A stretch of 64,000 bases of DNA, from the NCBI GenBank assembly GCA_963844005.1, contig CAWJMQ010000023.1, positions 156,350 through 220,349 on the forward strand, in the 5' to 3' direction. Below, piece after piece: positions 9,979 through 19,588 of the stretch (position 1 is its first letter; the number at the start of each line of letters is the position of its first letter). The stretch comes from an uncultured beta proteobacterium (GTDB lineage: Bacteria > Pseudomonadota > Gammaproteobacteria > Burkholderiales > Casimicrobiaceae). The translations under genes and the position numbers were made by a program. The notes under the pieces were generated by a model. The model saw nothing but the letters and a program-made list of their open reading frames with translations, was not told where the DNA came from and did no database searches.

Positions 9979-11085
9979 ATGCCCGCCATCCGTTCCGTCG
10001 AAATCCTGCAGGTCGACCTCGCGCCCAAGGTGGTGCGTACGGACGCGATACAGGCGTTCGTCACGCAGGAGACTCCCTTCGTCCGCATCCGCTGCAACGA
10101 TGGCGCGGAGGGGGTCGGTTACACGTACACGATCGGTACCGGCGGCTCGTCGGTGGTCGCGCTGCTGCGCGATCATCTCGCGCCGAAATTGATCGGCCGC
10201 GACCCCGATTGTGTCGAAGCGATCTGGAAAGACCTGTTCTTCCACACGCACGCGACGGCGGTCGGCGCGATCACCAGTCTCGCGTTGGCCGCGATCGACA
10301 CGGCATTGTGGGATTTGCGCTGCAAGCGGATGGGTTTGCCACTATGGAAGGCCGCGGGTGGCGCGCAACCGCAAGTGCCTGTCTACACGACCGAGGGCGG
10401 CTGGCTGCATCTGCCGGTCGAAGCGCTGGTCGCGCAGACGCGGGAGACGAAAACGAAGGGTTTCCGCGGAGCGAAGCTCAAGGTCGGGAAGCCGCATTTG
10501 TCCGAAGATGTCGCGCGGCTCGCCGCGGTGCGCGAGGCCGTCGGCGACGCGTTCGAGATCATGGTCGACGCGAACCAGTGCTTCAACGTGTCCGAGGCGA
10601 TCCGCCGCGCGCGTGCCTTCGAACCGTTCGGTCTCGCCTGGCTTGAGGAGCCGCTGCCGGCTGAGGACCTCGCAGGCCACGTCGAGCTTGCCGCGCACAC
10701 CGAGATCCCGATTGCGGTGGGAGAATCGATCTATCACCTGTCGCATTTTCGCGAGTACCTCGAACGTGACGCCTGTTCGATCGTCCAGGCGGACGTCGCG
10801 CGCATCGGCGGGATCACGCCCTGGCTCAAGGTCGCGCATCTCGCGGAAGCGTTCAACGTGCGCGTCTGTCCGCACTTCCTGATGGAACTCCACGTGTCGT
10901 TGACCGCCGCCGTGCCGAATGCGGCGTGGGTCGAATATATCCCGCAGCTCGACGATGTCACGACGTCCCGGCTTGCGATCGCCGACGGGTACGCTTGCCC
11001 GCCGTCGGCACCCGGCCTCGGCATCGATTGGGACTTCGGTTCGATCGACCGGCGCGCCGTCGCACGCGGCCGAGTACCTGCTTGA
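9979..11085 (+). CDS. Enolase-superfamily dehydratase, mandelate racemase subgroup (acid-sugar dehydratase-like)
   Basis: Same frame as ORF 8824..11085. ATG at 9979 lies 2 nt after the dctM stop. Motifs KLKVGK (KxK), DANQ, EEP, GES, and ADVARIGG/CPH (Asp-His dyad). Confidence 0.85.
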   Translation: MPAIRSVEILQVDLAPKVVRTDAIQAFVTQETPFVRIRCNDGAEGVGYTYTIGTGGSSVVALLRDHLAPKLIGRDPDCVEAIWKDLFFHTHATAVGAITSLALAAIDTALWDLRCKRMGLPLWKAAGGAQPQVPVYTTEGGWLHLPVEALVAQTRETKTKGFRGAKLKVGKPHLSEDVARLAAVREAVGDAFEIMVDANQCFNVSEAIRRARAFEPFGLAWLEEPLPAEDLAGHVELAAHTEIPIAVGESIYHLSHFREYLERDACSIVQADVARIGGITPWLKVAHLAEAFNVRVCPHFLMELHVSLTAAVPNAAWVEYIPQLDDVTTSRLAIADGYACPPSAPGLGIDWDFGSIDRRAVARGRVPA

Positions 11086-11101
11086 GAAAGGAGTCACCAA
11101 A

Positions 11102-12625
11102 ATGCTGACACCCACTTCGCTGACGATTCGTCTGCATCCGAACGACGACGTGGTGATCGCGCGGACGCAGCTTGTCGGCGGCACGCTGCTCGCCGAGGAA
11201 AACGTGACCGTCGCGGGGCTCGTGCCGCCGGGGCACAAGGTCGCCACCCGGGCCATCCGCGCCGGCGAGCCCGTCAAGCGCTACAACCAGATCATCGGAT
11301 TCGCGTCCCGCGACATCAAGCCCGGCGAGCACGTGCACCTCAACAGCCTCGCGATGGGCGCGTTCGATCGCGACTACGCATTCGGTGCGGACGCGAAGCC
11401 CACCCGCTACGTCGAACCGCCAGCGGCGTTCATGGGCATCGTACGCGCCGACGGCCGCGTGGCGACACGCAATTACATTGGCCTTCTGTCCACGGTCAAC
11501 TGCTCGGCGACCGTCGTGCGTGGCATCGCGGACGCGTTCCGCGGCGACGCGCTCGCGGCGTTCCCCAACGTCGATGGCGTGGTCGCACTGACTCACGGCT
11601 CAGGTTGCGGGATGGATACGCATGGCGACGGGATGGCGCTCCTGCGGCGCACTTTGGGTGGCTATGCACGGCATGCGAACTTTGCCGGCGTGCTCGTCGT
11701 CGGGCTGGGATGCGAGGCGAACCAGATCAGCTCACTGTTCGGTGCCGAGAATCTCACGGAGGGACCGCTGCTGCGCACGTTCAGCATCCAGGATACCGGC
11801 GGCACGGCGAAGACGATCGCGCACGGCGTCGGCATCGTCCGGGAGATGCTGCCGCATGCGAACGTCGTCGCGCGCCGGCCGGTGCCGGCGTCGAACATCA
11901 CCGTTGGCCTTCAGTGCGGCGGATCCGACGGCTATTCCGGCATCACCGCCAATCCTGCGCTGGGCGCCGCGGTCGACCTGTTGGTCCGTCACGGTGGGAC
12001 CGCCATCCTTTCCGAGACGCCCGAGATCTACGGTGCCGAGCACCTGCTGACCCGTCGCGCCGTCTCGCGTGCCGTCGGCGAGAAGCTCATCGCGCGGATC
12101 AAATGGTGGGAAGAATACACGGCGCGCGAGAAAGGCGAGATGAACAACAATCCGTCACCCGGCAACAAGGCGGGCGGGCTCACGACGATCCTCGAGAAAT
12201 CGCTGGGTGCAGTCGCCAAGGGCGGAACGACGAACCTCGTCGACGTCTACGAGTACGCCGAGACGGTGACGGCGAAAGGATTCGTCTACATGGATACGCC
12301 GGGCTACGACCCGGTGTCCGCGACGGGCCAGGTCGCCGGCGGCGCGAACATGATCGTGTTCACGACGGGGCGCGGGTCGGCGTACGGCTGCGCACCATCG
12401 CCGTCGCTCAAGCTTTCCACGAACACCCCATTGTGGACGAAGCAGCAGGAGGACATCGACCTCAACTGCGGCGAAATCGCTGACGGGACGACCGGTGTTG
12501 ACGAGATCGGCGAGAGGCTGTTCCAGCTGATGCTCGACACCGCCTCCGGTGCGAAGACCAAGAGCGAGCGGCATGGGTATGGGCAGAGCGAGTTCGTGCC
12601 GTGGTATCTGGGTGCGGTGATGTGA
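11102..12625 (+). CDS. UxaA/GarD family dehydratase (altronate/galactarate dehydratase-like), full length with N-terminal SAF domain
   Basis: Same frame as ORF 10919..12625, ATG at 11102. N-terminal SAF-like region (IRLHPNDDVVIARTQL) and a large UxaA C-domain (GLQCGGSDGYSGITANPALG, TTGRGS). Confidence 0.85.
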   Translation: MLTPTSLTIRLHPNDDVVIARTQLVGGTLLAEENVTVAGLVPPGHKVATRAIRAGEPVKRYNQIIGFASRDIKPGEHVHLNSLAMGAFDRDYAFGADAKPTRYVEPPAAFMGIVRADGRVATRNYIGLLSTVNCSATVVRGIADAFRGDALAAFPNVDGVVALTHGSGCGMDTHGDGMALLRRTLGGYARHANFAGVLVVGLGCEANQISSLFGAENLTEGPLLRTFSIQDTGGTAKTIAHGVGIVREMLPHANVVARRPVPASNITVGLQCGGSDGYSGITANPALGAAVDLLVRHGGTAILSETPEIYGAEHLLTRRAVSRAVGEKLIARIKWWEEYTAREKGEMNNNPSPGNKAGGLTTILEKSLGAVAKGGTTNLVDVYEYAETVTAKGFVYMDTPGYDPVSATGQVAGGANMIVFTTGRGSAYGCAPSPSLKLSTNTPLWTKQQEDIDLNCGEIADGTTGVDEIGERLFQLMLDTASGAKTKSERHGYGQSEFVPWYLGAVM

Positions 12626-12721
12626 GTTGACACCTTTACGGCCCGCCCTTACGCTGCGGGCAGGCCGGACGACCCGAGCGGCGACGCCTGCGAAGGCAAC
12701 ACGATCCACAGGAGGAGTTTG

Positions 12722-14098
12722 ATGAAGATGATTGCAAAACTGGGCGTCGCGCTCGTTGCCGCGACTGCGTTCGTCATGTCGACCCAGGCGGTCGCCCAGG
12801 AGAAGCTCACCGTCTGGTGGGTCAGGGGTTTCTACAAATCTGAGGACGAGGCTCTGTTCGAGGCGATCAAGAAATTCGAGACGAAGACGGGTGTCAAGGT
12901 CGAGCTGTCGCAGTACCCGGTGCAGGACATGATCCCGAAGACGGTTGCCGCGCTCGACGCTGGCACCCCGCCGGATGTCGCCTACGCCGACGTCTACGAC
13001 TTCCAGGTGGCCGGCAAGTGGGCGTTCGACGGCAAGCTCGAGGACATCTCCGACATCATCGTGCCAATCAAGGACAAGTTCCTCAAGAACACGATCGAAA
13101 CGACATACCTCTACAACGACAAGACCAAGAAGAAGGCGTACTACGCGTTTCCTCTTAAGCAGCAGACGATGCACATCCAGTACTGGAAGGACATGCTGGC
13201 CGAGGCGGGCTTCAAGGAATCCGACATCCCGACCGCCTGGAAAGCGTACTGGGACTTCTGGTGCGACAAGGTGCAACCGGCGCACCGTTCCAAGACCGGC
13301 AAGCGCACCTACGCGATCGGCCAGCCGATGGGCGTGGATTCGAGCGACTCGTTCTACTCGTTCCTGACGTTCATGGACGCCTACAACGTCAAGCTTGTCG
13401 ACGACGACGGCAAGCTGCTCGTCGACGATCCGAAGGTCCGCGCCGGCCTGATCAATGCGCTGCGCGATTACACGAGCATACGCGCGCGAGGCTGCACACC
13501 ACCCTCGTCGACCTCCTGGAAGGACCCGGACAACAACGTGTCGTTCCACAACAAGACGATCCTGCTGACGCACAACGCGACGATCTCGATCGCGGCCAAG
13601 TGGCTCGACGATTCGAAGAACGAAACCCTCACCACCGAGCAGCGCGCGCAGGCGAAGAAGAACTACGACGAGCTGATCGCGACCGCCGGCTTCCCGAACA
13701 AGCCGGATGGGTCGAAGTTTGTCTACCGTGCGGCCGTGAAGGTCGGGGTGATCTTCGAGGGGTCGAAGAACAAGAAGCGCGCTAAGGAATTCGTCACGTT
13801 TATGATGCAGGACGAGAACCTGCAGCCGTACGTCGAGGGCTCGCTCGGCCGCTGGTTCCCGGTCACCAAGTCCGGCACGCAAAGCGCGTTCTGGCAGGCC
13901 GATCCGCATCGCAAGGCGGTGTTCAACCAGTTCGGCGCGGGCACCGTCACCTTCGAGTTCACGAAGAACTACAAGTTCACGATCCTCAACAACGAGAATG
14001 TCTGGGCGAAGGCCATGAGCCGCGTGGTCAACGACAACGTCTCGGTGGAAAAGGCGACCGACGAGATGATCGCCCGTATCAAGCAGGTCGCGGGCTGA
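12722..14098 (+). CDS. ABC transporter extracellular solute-binding protein (carbohydrate, CUT1-like)
   Basis: ORF 12719..14098. ATG at 12722 lies 6 nt after GGAGG. Signal peptide MKMIAKLGVALVAATAFVMSTQAVA. Confidence 0.85.
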   Translation: MKMIAKLGVALVAATAFVMSTQAVAQEKLTVWWVRGFYKSEDEALFEAIKKFETKTGVKVELSQYPVQDMIPKTVAALDAGTPPDVAYADVYDFQVAGKWAFDGKLEDISDIIVPIKDKFLKNTIETTYLYNDKTKKKAYYAFPLKQQTMHIQYWKDMLAEAGFKESDIPTAWKAYWDFWCDKVQPAHRSKTGKRTYAIGQPMGVDSSDSFYSFLTFMDAYNVKLVDDDGKLLVDDPKVRAGLINALRDYTSIRARGCTPPSSTSWKDPDNNVSFHNKTILLTHNATISIAAKWLDDSKNETLTTEQRAQAKKNYDELIATAGFPNKPDGSKFVYRAAVKVGVIFEGSKNKKRAKEFVTFMMQDENLQPYVEGSLGRWFPVTKSGTQSAFWQADPHRKAVFNQFGAGTVTFEFTKNYKFTILNNENVWAKAMSRVVNDNVSVEKATDEMIARIKQVAG

Positions 14099-14167
14099 CA
14101 AGGGAACGCGGAGCCGCCGGAGCCGCCTGACCTGAGGCGGCGCCGGCAGGCGCCGGTTAGCGACAGG

Positions 14168-15046
14168 ATGGCGACACTCGCGCTTCCCGACGAGCGGCCG
14201 GTCGGCCCGACCGGTCCGGCGAGGAAGGGTCTGTCCCCGTGGCAGCGGTGGGGGCTGATCCTCCTTGCGCCGTACGCTCTCGTATTCGTGGTGTTCGTGC
14301 TGTATCCGGTCGGGTATGGGCTCTGGCTCGCGCGGCACCCGGCGAGCTACGCCAAGCTGTTCGACGACCCGGTGTTCCTGCGCTCGGTGTTCAACACCCT
14401 GGCGTTCCTCATCATCGGCATCAACGTCAAGATGATGATCGCGCTGGTCCTGTCCGGCTTCTTCGTCGAGGCACGAACGTGGATCAAGTGGCTGTCGCTG
14501 CTGTTCATCCTGCCGTGGGCCGTGCCGTCGATACCGACGATCCTCTCGATCCGGTTCATGCTGAATCCCGAGTGGGGGCTCATCAATTCGCTGATCTTCC
14601 GGTTCACCGGAGCCGACGGACCGAACTGGCTCAACGATCCGATCCTCGCGCTGGGGATCGCGATGCTTGTTCACATCTGGAAGTCATTGCCGTTCTGGAC
14701 GCTGATCCTGATCGCGGGCCGGCTCGCGATTCCTGCCGAACACTACGAGGCCGCATCGGTCGACGGGGCCACGAGCTGGCAGAAATTCCGGTTCATCACG
14801 TGGCCGTCGATGCGCACGTTGTATCTGACGTGCACGATCCTGTCGATGATCTTCACGATGGGCGATTTCAACAGCGTCTACCTGCTGACCGGCGGCGGCC
14901 CTGCCGACCTCACGCACGTGCTGGCGACGCTCGGCATCCGGTACCTGCGCCTCGATGAGGTCGACATGTCGATGGCGGCGATCGTCATCGCGCTGCCGGC
15001 CGTGCTGCCGCTCGTGTACTTCATGATGAAGCGGCTGTCCAAATGA
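14168..15046 (+). CDS. Sugar ABC transporter permease (MalF/UgpA-like)
   Basis: 292-aa ORF with six TM segments and the EAA-type loop (YEAASVDGATSWQKFRFITWP). Confidence 0.85.
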   Translation: MATLALPDERPVGPTGPARKGLSPWQRWGLILLAPYALVFVVFVLYPVGYGLWLARHPASYAKLFDDPVFLRSVFNTLAFLIIGINVKMMIALVLSGFFVEARTWIKWLSLLFILPWAVPSIPTILSIRFMLNPEWGLINSLIFRFTGADGPNWLNDPILALGIAMLVHIWKSLPFWTLILIAGRLAIPAEHYEAASVDGATSWQKFRFITWPSMRTLYLTCTILSMIFTMGDFNSVYLLTGGGPADLTHVLATLGIRYLRLDEVDMSMAAIVIALPAVLPLVYFMMKRLSK

Positions 15047-15885
15047 AGCTGCGCCAGGTCACGACGGAGGCCAAGCTCCTGTTGATCGGCATTCCCGTGC
15101 TGATCTGGACGATGCTGCCCATCTATCACCTGTTCCTGTTCGCGATCTCGCCGAAAGAGCAGGCGATGGGCGGATTGGTGTGGCCGGACCACCCGACCCT
15201 CCACAATTTTGAGGTCGTGTTCAAGCAGCAGCACCATTACCTCAACTTCTTCTGGTTGCAGATGTGGAACTCGCTGGTCATCGCGGTGGCGGCCGGCTTG
15301 ATCACGCTCATCGTCGCGACGGGCGCGGCCTTTGCGATCAGCCGGCTCAAGGTCAGGGGCGGCCGCATGGTGATGAACCTTGCGCTGTTCACCTACTTCA
15401 TCCCGGCCGCGTTTCTCGCCGTGCCAATGTACAAGACCATGGGCGTGTACGGCCTCCTCAACAACCAGTGGGCGCTGATCCTGGCGATGGTGACGATCGC
15501 CACGCCCTATTCAATCTGGGTGCTGAAACAGGCGTCCGACAAGCTGCCGTACGAGCTGGACGAAGCAGCGAAGATCGACGGCGCGTCGCCGCTGCAGCTT
15601 TTCCGTCTGGTGTACCTGCCGCTGATGACGCCGTCGCTGGTGGCGGTCGGCACCTATGCGCTGCTGCTCGCGTGGAACGAGTACCTGTACGCGTTTCTTC
15701 TGCTGTCGAGCGAAAGGGACATCACGCTCGGCGTTGCGCTCGGCAACTTCCTTGCCGCCGACGATTCGCCGTGGGAGCTGCTGATGACCACGGGCCTTCT
15801 CTACGCGCTGCCGCCGGCGGCGATCTATTACACGTTCAAGCGCTACATGGTCGGCGGGCTCACCGCCGGCGCCGTGAAGAGCTGA
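15043..15885 (+). CDS. Sugar ABC transporter permease (MalG/UgpE-like)
   Basis: 280-aa ORF. Its start overlaps the upstream stop (ATGA). EAA loop ELDEAAKIDGASPLQLFRLVYLP. Confidence 0.85.
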   Translation: MKLRQVTTEAKLLLIGIPVLIWTMLPIYHLFLFAISPKEQAMGGLVWPDHPTLHNFEVVFKQQHHYLNFFWLQMWNSLVIAVAAGLITLIVATGAAFAISRLKVRGGRMVMNLALFTYFIPAAFLAVPMYKTMGVYGLLNNQWALILAMVTIATPYSIWVLKQASDKLPYELDEAAKIDGASPLQLFRLVYLPLMTPSLVAVGTYALLLAWNEYLYAFLLLSSERDITLGVALGNFLAADDSPWELLMTTGLLYALPPAAIYYTFKRYMVGGLTAGAVKS

Positions 15886-15901
15886 AATCCTGGAGCGAAG
15901 C

Positions 15902-16969
15902 ATGGCATCGGTTTCGTTCGCCAACATCGAAAAGTCCTTCGGCAGCACGAAAGTCATCCATGGCATCGGCTTCGACATCGCCGACGGAGAATTCATGGTG
16001 CTGGTCGGCCCCTCGGGGTGCGGCAAATCGACGCTGCTGCGTATGCTCGCCGGCCTCGAGGAGATTTCCGGCGGCACGATCGCGATCGACGGCAAGGAAG
16101 TCAACGACGTGGAGTCAAAGGACCGCGACATCGCGATGGTGTTCCAGAGCTACGCGCTGTACCCGCACATGACGGTGGCGGACAACATGGCGTTCAGCCT
16201 GAAGCTCCGCAAGGCCGACCCCAAGGTCATCGCGGAGCGTGTCGCCAGCGCGTCGAAGATCCTGAACCTCGATCCCTACCTGCACCGGTTTCCGAGGGAG
16301 CTTTCCGGCGGCCAGCGGCAGCGCGTCGCGATGGGCCGCGCGATCGTCCGCGACCCCAAGGTATTCCTGTTCGACGAGCCGCTCTCCAACCTCGATGCCA
16401 AGCTGCGCGTGGCAATGCGCGCCGAGATCAAGGCGCTGCACCAGCGGCTGAAGACGACGACGGTCTATGTTACGCACGATCAGGTGGAGGCGATGACGAT
16501 GGCCGACCGCATCGTCGTGATGCACGATGGCCGGATCGAGCAGATCGGTACACCGCTCGAACTCTACGACCACCCGAACAATCTGTTTGTCGCCCAGTTC
16601 ATCGGCTCGCCGGCGATGAACGTCGTCGACGGCACCGTGCGGCGCGCCAGCGGCGCCGCGCACGTGGAGGCCGCGGGTGGCGTGCGCTGGCCACTCGCAA
16701 GTGGACCCGGCGCCGACGGGCAGGCGGTTGCCTACGGAATCCGCCCCGAACATCTGACCCTCGGAGCGAGCGGGGTGCCGGGCGAGATCATCGTCGTCGA
16801 GCCGACGGGGGCGGAGACGGAACTCGTGATCCAGGTCGGCGAGGCGAACGTCAACCTTCGCATCCACGGGCGACCGCTCGCAAACCCCGGCGACAAGGTG
16901 GGGCTCGCGATCGACCCGGCGAATGTCCACGTGTTCGACAGGGCGACGGGGCAGCGGCTGGCGGCTTGA
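15902..16969 (+). CDS. Sugar ABC transporter ATP-binding protein (MalK/UgpC-like)
   Basis: 355-aa ORF. Walker A GPSGCGKST, signature LSGGQRQR, Walker B VFLFDEP, and a C-terminal TOBE-like domain. Confidence 0.9.
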   Translation: MASVSFANIEKSFGSTKVIHGIGFDIADGEFMVLVGPSGCGKSTLLRMLAGLEEISGGTIAIDGKEVNDVESKDRDIAMVFQSYALYPHMTVADNMAFSLKLRKADPKVIAERVASASKILNLDPYLHRFPRELSGGQRQRVAMGRAIVRDPKVFLFDEPLSNLDAKLRVAMRAEIKALHQRLKTTTVYVTHDQVEAMTMADRIVVMHDGRIEQIGTPLELYDHPNNLFVAQFIGSPAMNVVDGTVRRASGAAHVEAAGGVRWPLASGPGADGQAVAYGIRPEHLTLGASGVPGEIIVVEPTGAETELVIQVGEANVNLRIHGRPLANPGDKVGLAIDPANVHVFDRATGQRLAA

Positions 16970-17320
16970 ATGCCCACGAGAAGCAAGGTTGTCACTGCGG
17001 CCGTCTTCGCAGTCATCAGCGCAACTGCGTCGGCGCAGAGCGCGGTTCGGGCAACCCGCGGCGAACTGCTTTACGCGACTCACTGCGTTGCCTGTCACAC
17101 GACAGAGGTGCACTGGCGGCAGAAGAAGCTGGCGGTGGACTGGACCAGTCTCAACCAGCAAGTGCGCCGCTGGGCCGGCAACGCCGGGCTCAGCTGGGGC
17201 GATGACGACATCGTCGAAGTCGCGCGGTACCTCAACGCGGTCCACTATCACTTCGAGGTGCCGTCCGTAACGGGCCTCGAACGCCGTGAATTCATGCGTG
17301 GGATTGTGCGAGCGGACTAG
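16970..17320 (+). CDS. Small monohaem c-type cytochrome (predicted periplasmic)
   Basis: 116-aa ORF. The ATG directly abuts the ATPase stop (TGAATG). Signal peptide VVTAAVFAVISATASA and a single CxxCH motif (CVACH). Confidence 0.65.
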   Translation: MPTRSKVVTAAVFAVISATASAQSAVRATRGELLYATHCVACHTTEVHWRQKKLAVDWTSLNQQVRRWAGNAGLSWGDDDIVEVARYLNAVHYHFEVPSVTGLERREFMRGIVRAD

Positions 17321-17433
17321 GGGCCGTACGCGTCTTGCGGCAGCGTGAGCAGACTGAGCGCCCGACCGATTCCGACTAAGACCCTGCCGTGACGACCGCG
17401 CTACCGGCGATCAGCGGGTCAAGGTCAACCGCA

Positions 17434-18945
17434 TCAGATCCGGGCCGGGCGCAGGAAACGCCCTGCGCTTTCGAGTATCTTGCCAATCAACGGCCAGAAC
17501 AGCAGGGTGAATGCCAGAGTGGTGATCGAACCGACGAGTCCGTTTGACCAAAACACGCGCAAATCGCCGCCTGCCCCGATCATCGACAGCCGGAACGCGT
17601 CTTCGGTGCGGTTGCCGAGCACGAGTGCGAGCGTGAATGGAGCAAGGGGTACGCCGATCTTCTTGAACACGTAACCGACGACGCCGAACAGCAACATGAG
17701 CCAGACATCGAACATGGCGTTCTGGATGGCATAGGCGCCGATGGCACAGGACACAAGGATCATCGGCGCGACGGCGGCGAACGGAATGCGCAGGATCGAG
17801 GCGAAGATCGGCACGGTGGTCAGCACGATCACGAGCCCGACGACGTTTCCGAGATACATGGAGGCGATGAGGCCCCACACGAAGTCCTTGTGCTCGACGA
17901 ACAGCAACGGGCCCGGATTGAGCCCCCAGACCATCAGGCCGCCAAGCAGGATCGCCGCGGTGCCTGACCCGGGAATGCCCAAGGCCAGCATCGGAAGCAA
18001 CGCGGCGGTTCCGGACGCGTGCGCCGCCGTCTCGGGTGCGAACACGCCCTCGATGCGTCCCTTGCCGAAGCTCGCCGGATGCTTCGAGAAGCGTTTGGCC
18101 AGGTTGTAGCCCATGAACGACGCCGCGATCGCTCCACCGGGTGTAATGCCAAGCCAGCAACCGATCGCCGAGGAACGCAACAGCGTCAGCCAATAGCGTG
18201 GCATTTCCTTCCATACTTTCAGGACGACTGAGAGACTGATCGAGGCGGAATGACCGCGCAACGCGAGCCGCTCCTCCATGGTCAGCAATATCTCGCTGAT
18301 GCCGAAGAGACCGATAACCGCGACCAGAAAGTTCACACCTCGCAACAGCGGGTCCCAGCCGAAGGTCATGCGCAACTGACCGGAAACCGTATCCATGCCG
18401 ATCGCGGCCAGCAGCAGGCCGAGCGCCATGGAGATGATGGTCTTGTGCTTGTCCTCACGCCCCAGGCCGACAAACGAGCAGAACGTAAGGAGGTAGACCG
18501 CAAAGAATTCCGGCGGCCCGAATCGCAATGCAAAGCTCGCGATCCGCGGCGCAAGAAATGTGATCAGGAGCACCGCAACGAGGGACCCGATGAACGAAGA
18601 TGTGAACGCTGCGGTGAGCGCTTCCGCAGCCTTGCCTTGCTGGGCCATCGGATAGCCGTCGAACGTGGTCGCCACCGACCAGGCTTCGCCGGGAATGTTG
18701 AACAGGATCGAGGTGATCGCTCCGCCGAACAGGGCGCCCCAATAGATGCACGAAAGCATCACGATCGCAGACGTCGGGTCCATCGTGAAGGTGAGTGGCA
18801 ACAGAATCGCCACGCCATTCGGTCCGCCCAACCCCGGCAGCACGCCGACGAATATGCCGAGCAGAAGGCCGACCAGCATCAGCGCCAGCGTCTTCCAGGT
18901 CAGCAGGACGGCGAAGCCATGAAGCAGGAGTGTCAATGCTTCCAT
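17434..18945 (-). CDS. tctA: Tripartite tricarboxylate transporter permease TctA
   Basis: 503-aa polytopic membrane ORF with TctA-family composition. Follows tctC and tctB. Confidence 0.9.
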   Translation of the reverse strand: MEALTLLLHGFAVLLTWKTLALMLVGLLLGIFVGVLPGLGGPNGVAILLPLTFTMDPTSAIVMLSCIYWGALFGGAITSILFNIPGEAWSVATTFDGYPMAQQGKAAEALTAAFTSSFIGSLVAVLLITFLAPRIASFALRFGPPEFFAVYLLTFCSFVGLGREDKHKTIISMALGLLLAAIGMDTVSGQLRMTFGWDPLLRGVNFLVAVIGLFGISEILLTMEERLALRGHSASISLSVVLKVWKEMPRYWLTLLRSSAIGCWLGITPGGAIAASFMGYNLAKRFSKHPASFGKGRIEGVFAPETAAHASGTAALLPMLALGIPGSGTAAILLGGLMVWGLNPGPLLFVEHKDFVWGLIASMYLGNVVGLVIVLTTVPIFASILRIPFAAVAPMILVSCAIGAYAIQNAMFDVWLMLLFGVVGYVFKKIGVPLAPFTLALVLGNRTEDAFRLSMIGAGGDLRVFWSNGLVGSITTLAFTLLFWPLIGKILESAGRFLRPARI

Positions 18946-18955
18946 GCGCTGGATC

Positions 18956-19498
18956 CTAGAAGCCGAACGCTCCTTCGATCGGGCCCTTCGGCATCATGAC
19001 GTCGAACGCGACTTCGAACGTGAGGAACATGACCAACGCAAACAGGACGCTCGTGAGCAATGACTTCCATACCCCGATCCGCCCGATGATCGACATGAAC
19101 CCTGCGACCAGAAGGAAGCTCGCGACATAGAGGCCGAACCATTGCATCAGCAGGCAGAAGAGAAACGTCGGAACAAAGACCTGCACGACGCGCCGAAGCT
19201 GGTCGCGATTGACGAAAGTCCTGGCAGCCTCCGTTCGCCTCAGGAATGAGATACCAAGGCCATACAGCGAGGCGCCGGCGAGGATGACGCACAGATAGAA
19301 CGGAAGGTATCCGCTCTGCGGGCCGTCCTTCGCCCAGCCCATGCCGCTGCGCCAATTGTCGAAGCCCAGGAGAAACGCCAGCGCGAGGAGCAACAGGTAC
19401 GCGACCACCTCGACGGTGCGAGTGGTGGTCACCGCCGGAGGGTTGTCCGCGGGCGCGGTCGGATCACCGACGACGATCTCTGCTTCGGTTGACGGCAT
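18956..19498 (-). CDS. tctB: Tripartite tricarboxylate transporter TctB-family small membrane protein
   Basis: ORF 18956..19510 starts at a GTG. I prefer the ATG at 19498. Four hydrophobic segments, located between tctC and tctA. Confidence 0.7.
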   Translation of the reverse strand: MPSTEAEIVVGDPTAPADNPPAVTTTRTVEVVAYLLLLALAFLLGFDNWRSGMGWAKDGPQSGYLPFYLCVILAGASLYGLGISFLRRTEAARTFVNRDQLRRVVQVFVPTFLFCLLMQWFGLYVASFLLVAGFMSIIGRIGVWKSLLTSVLFALVMFLTFEVAFDVMMPKGPIEGAFGF

Positions 19499-19588
19499 TG
19501 TGCCTTTCACAGGCTGTGGCGTCGCCGGGCCCCCTCTCCCGACGCAGAGTGAGGAGAGTCCGGCTGCGGCAATGCCGGTTCCTGCGCG

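Noticed and set aside
12155-14674. 839-aa minus-strand ORF spanning the uxaA end, the ABC binding-protein gene and the first permease gene
   Set aside because: It is antisense to genes with clear family motifs. The product is rich in Arg, Asp, His and Glu with no recognisable domain. This is a typical GC-driven open frame.
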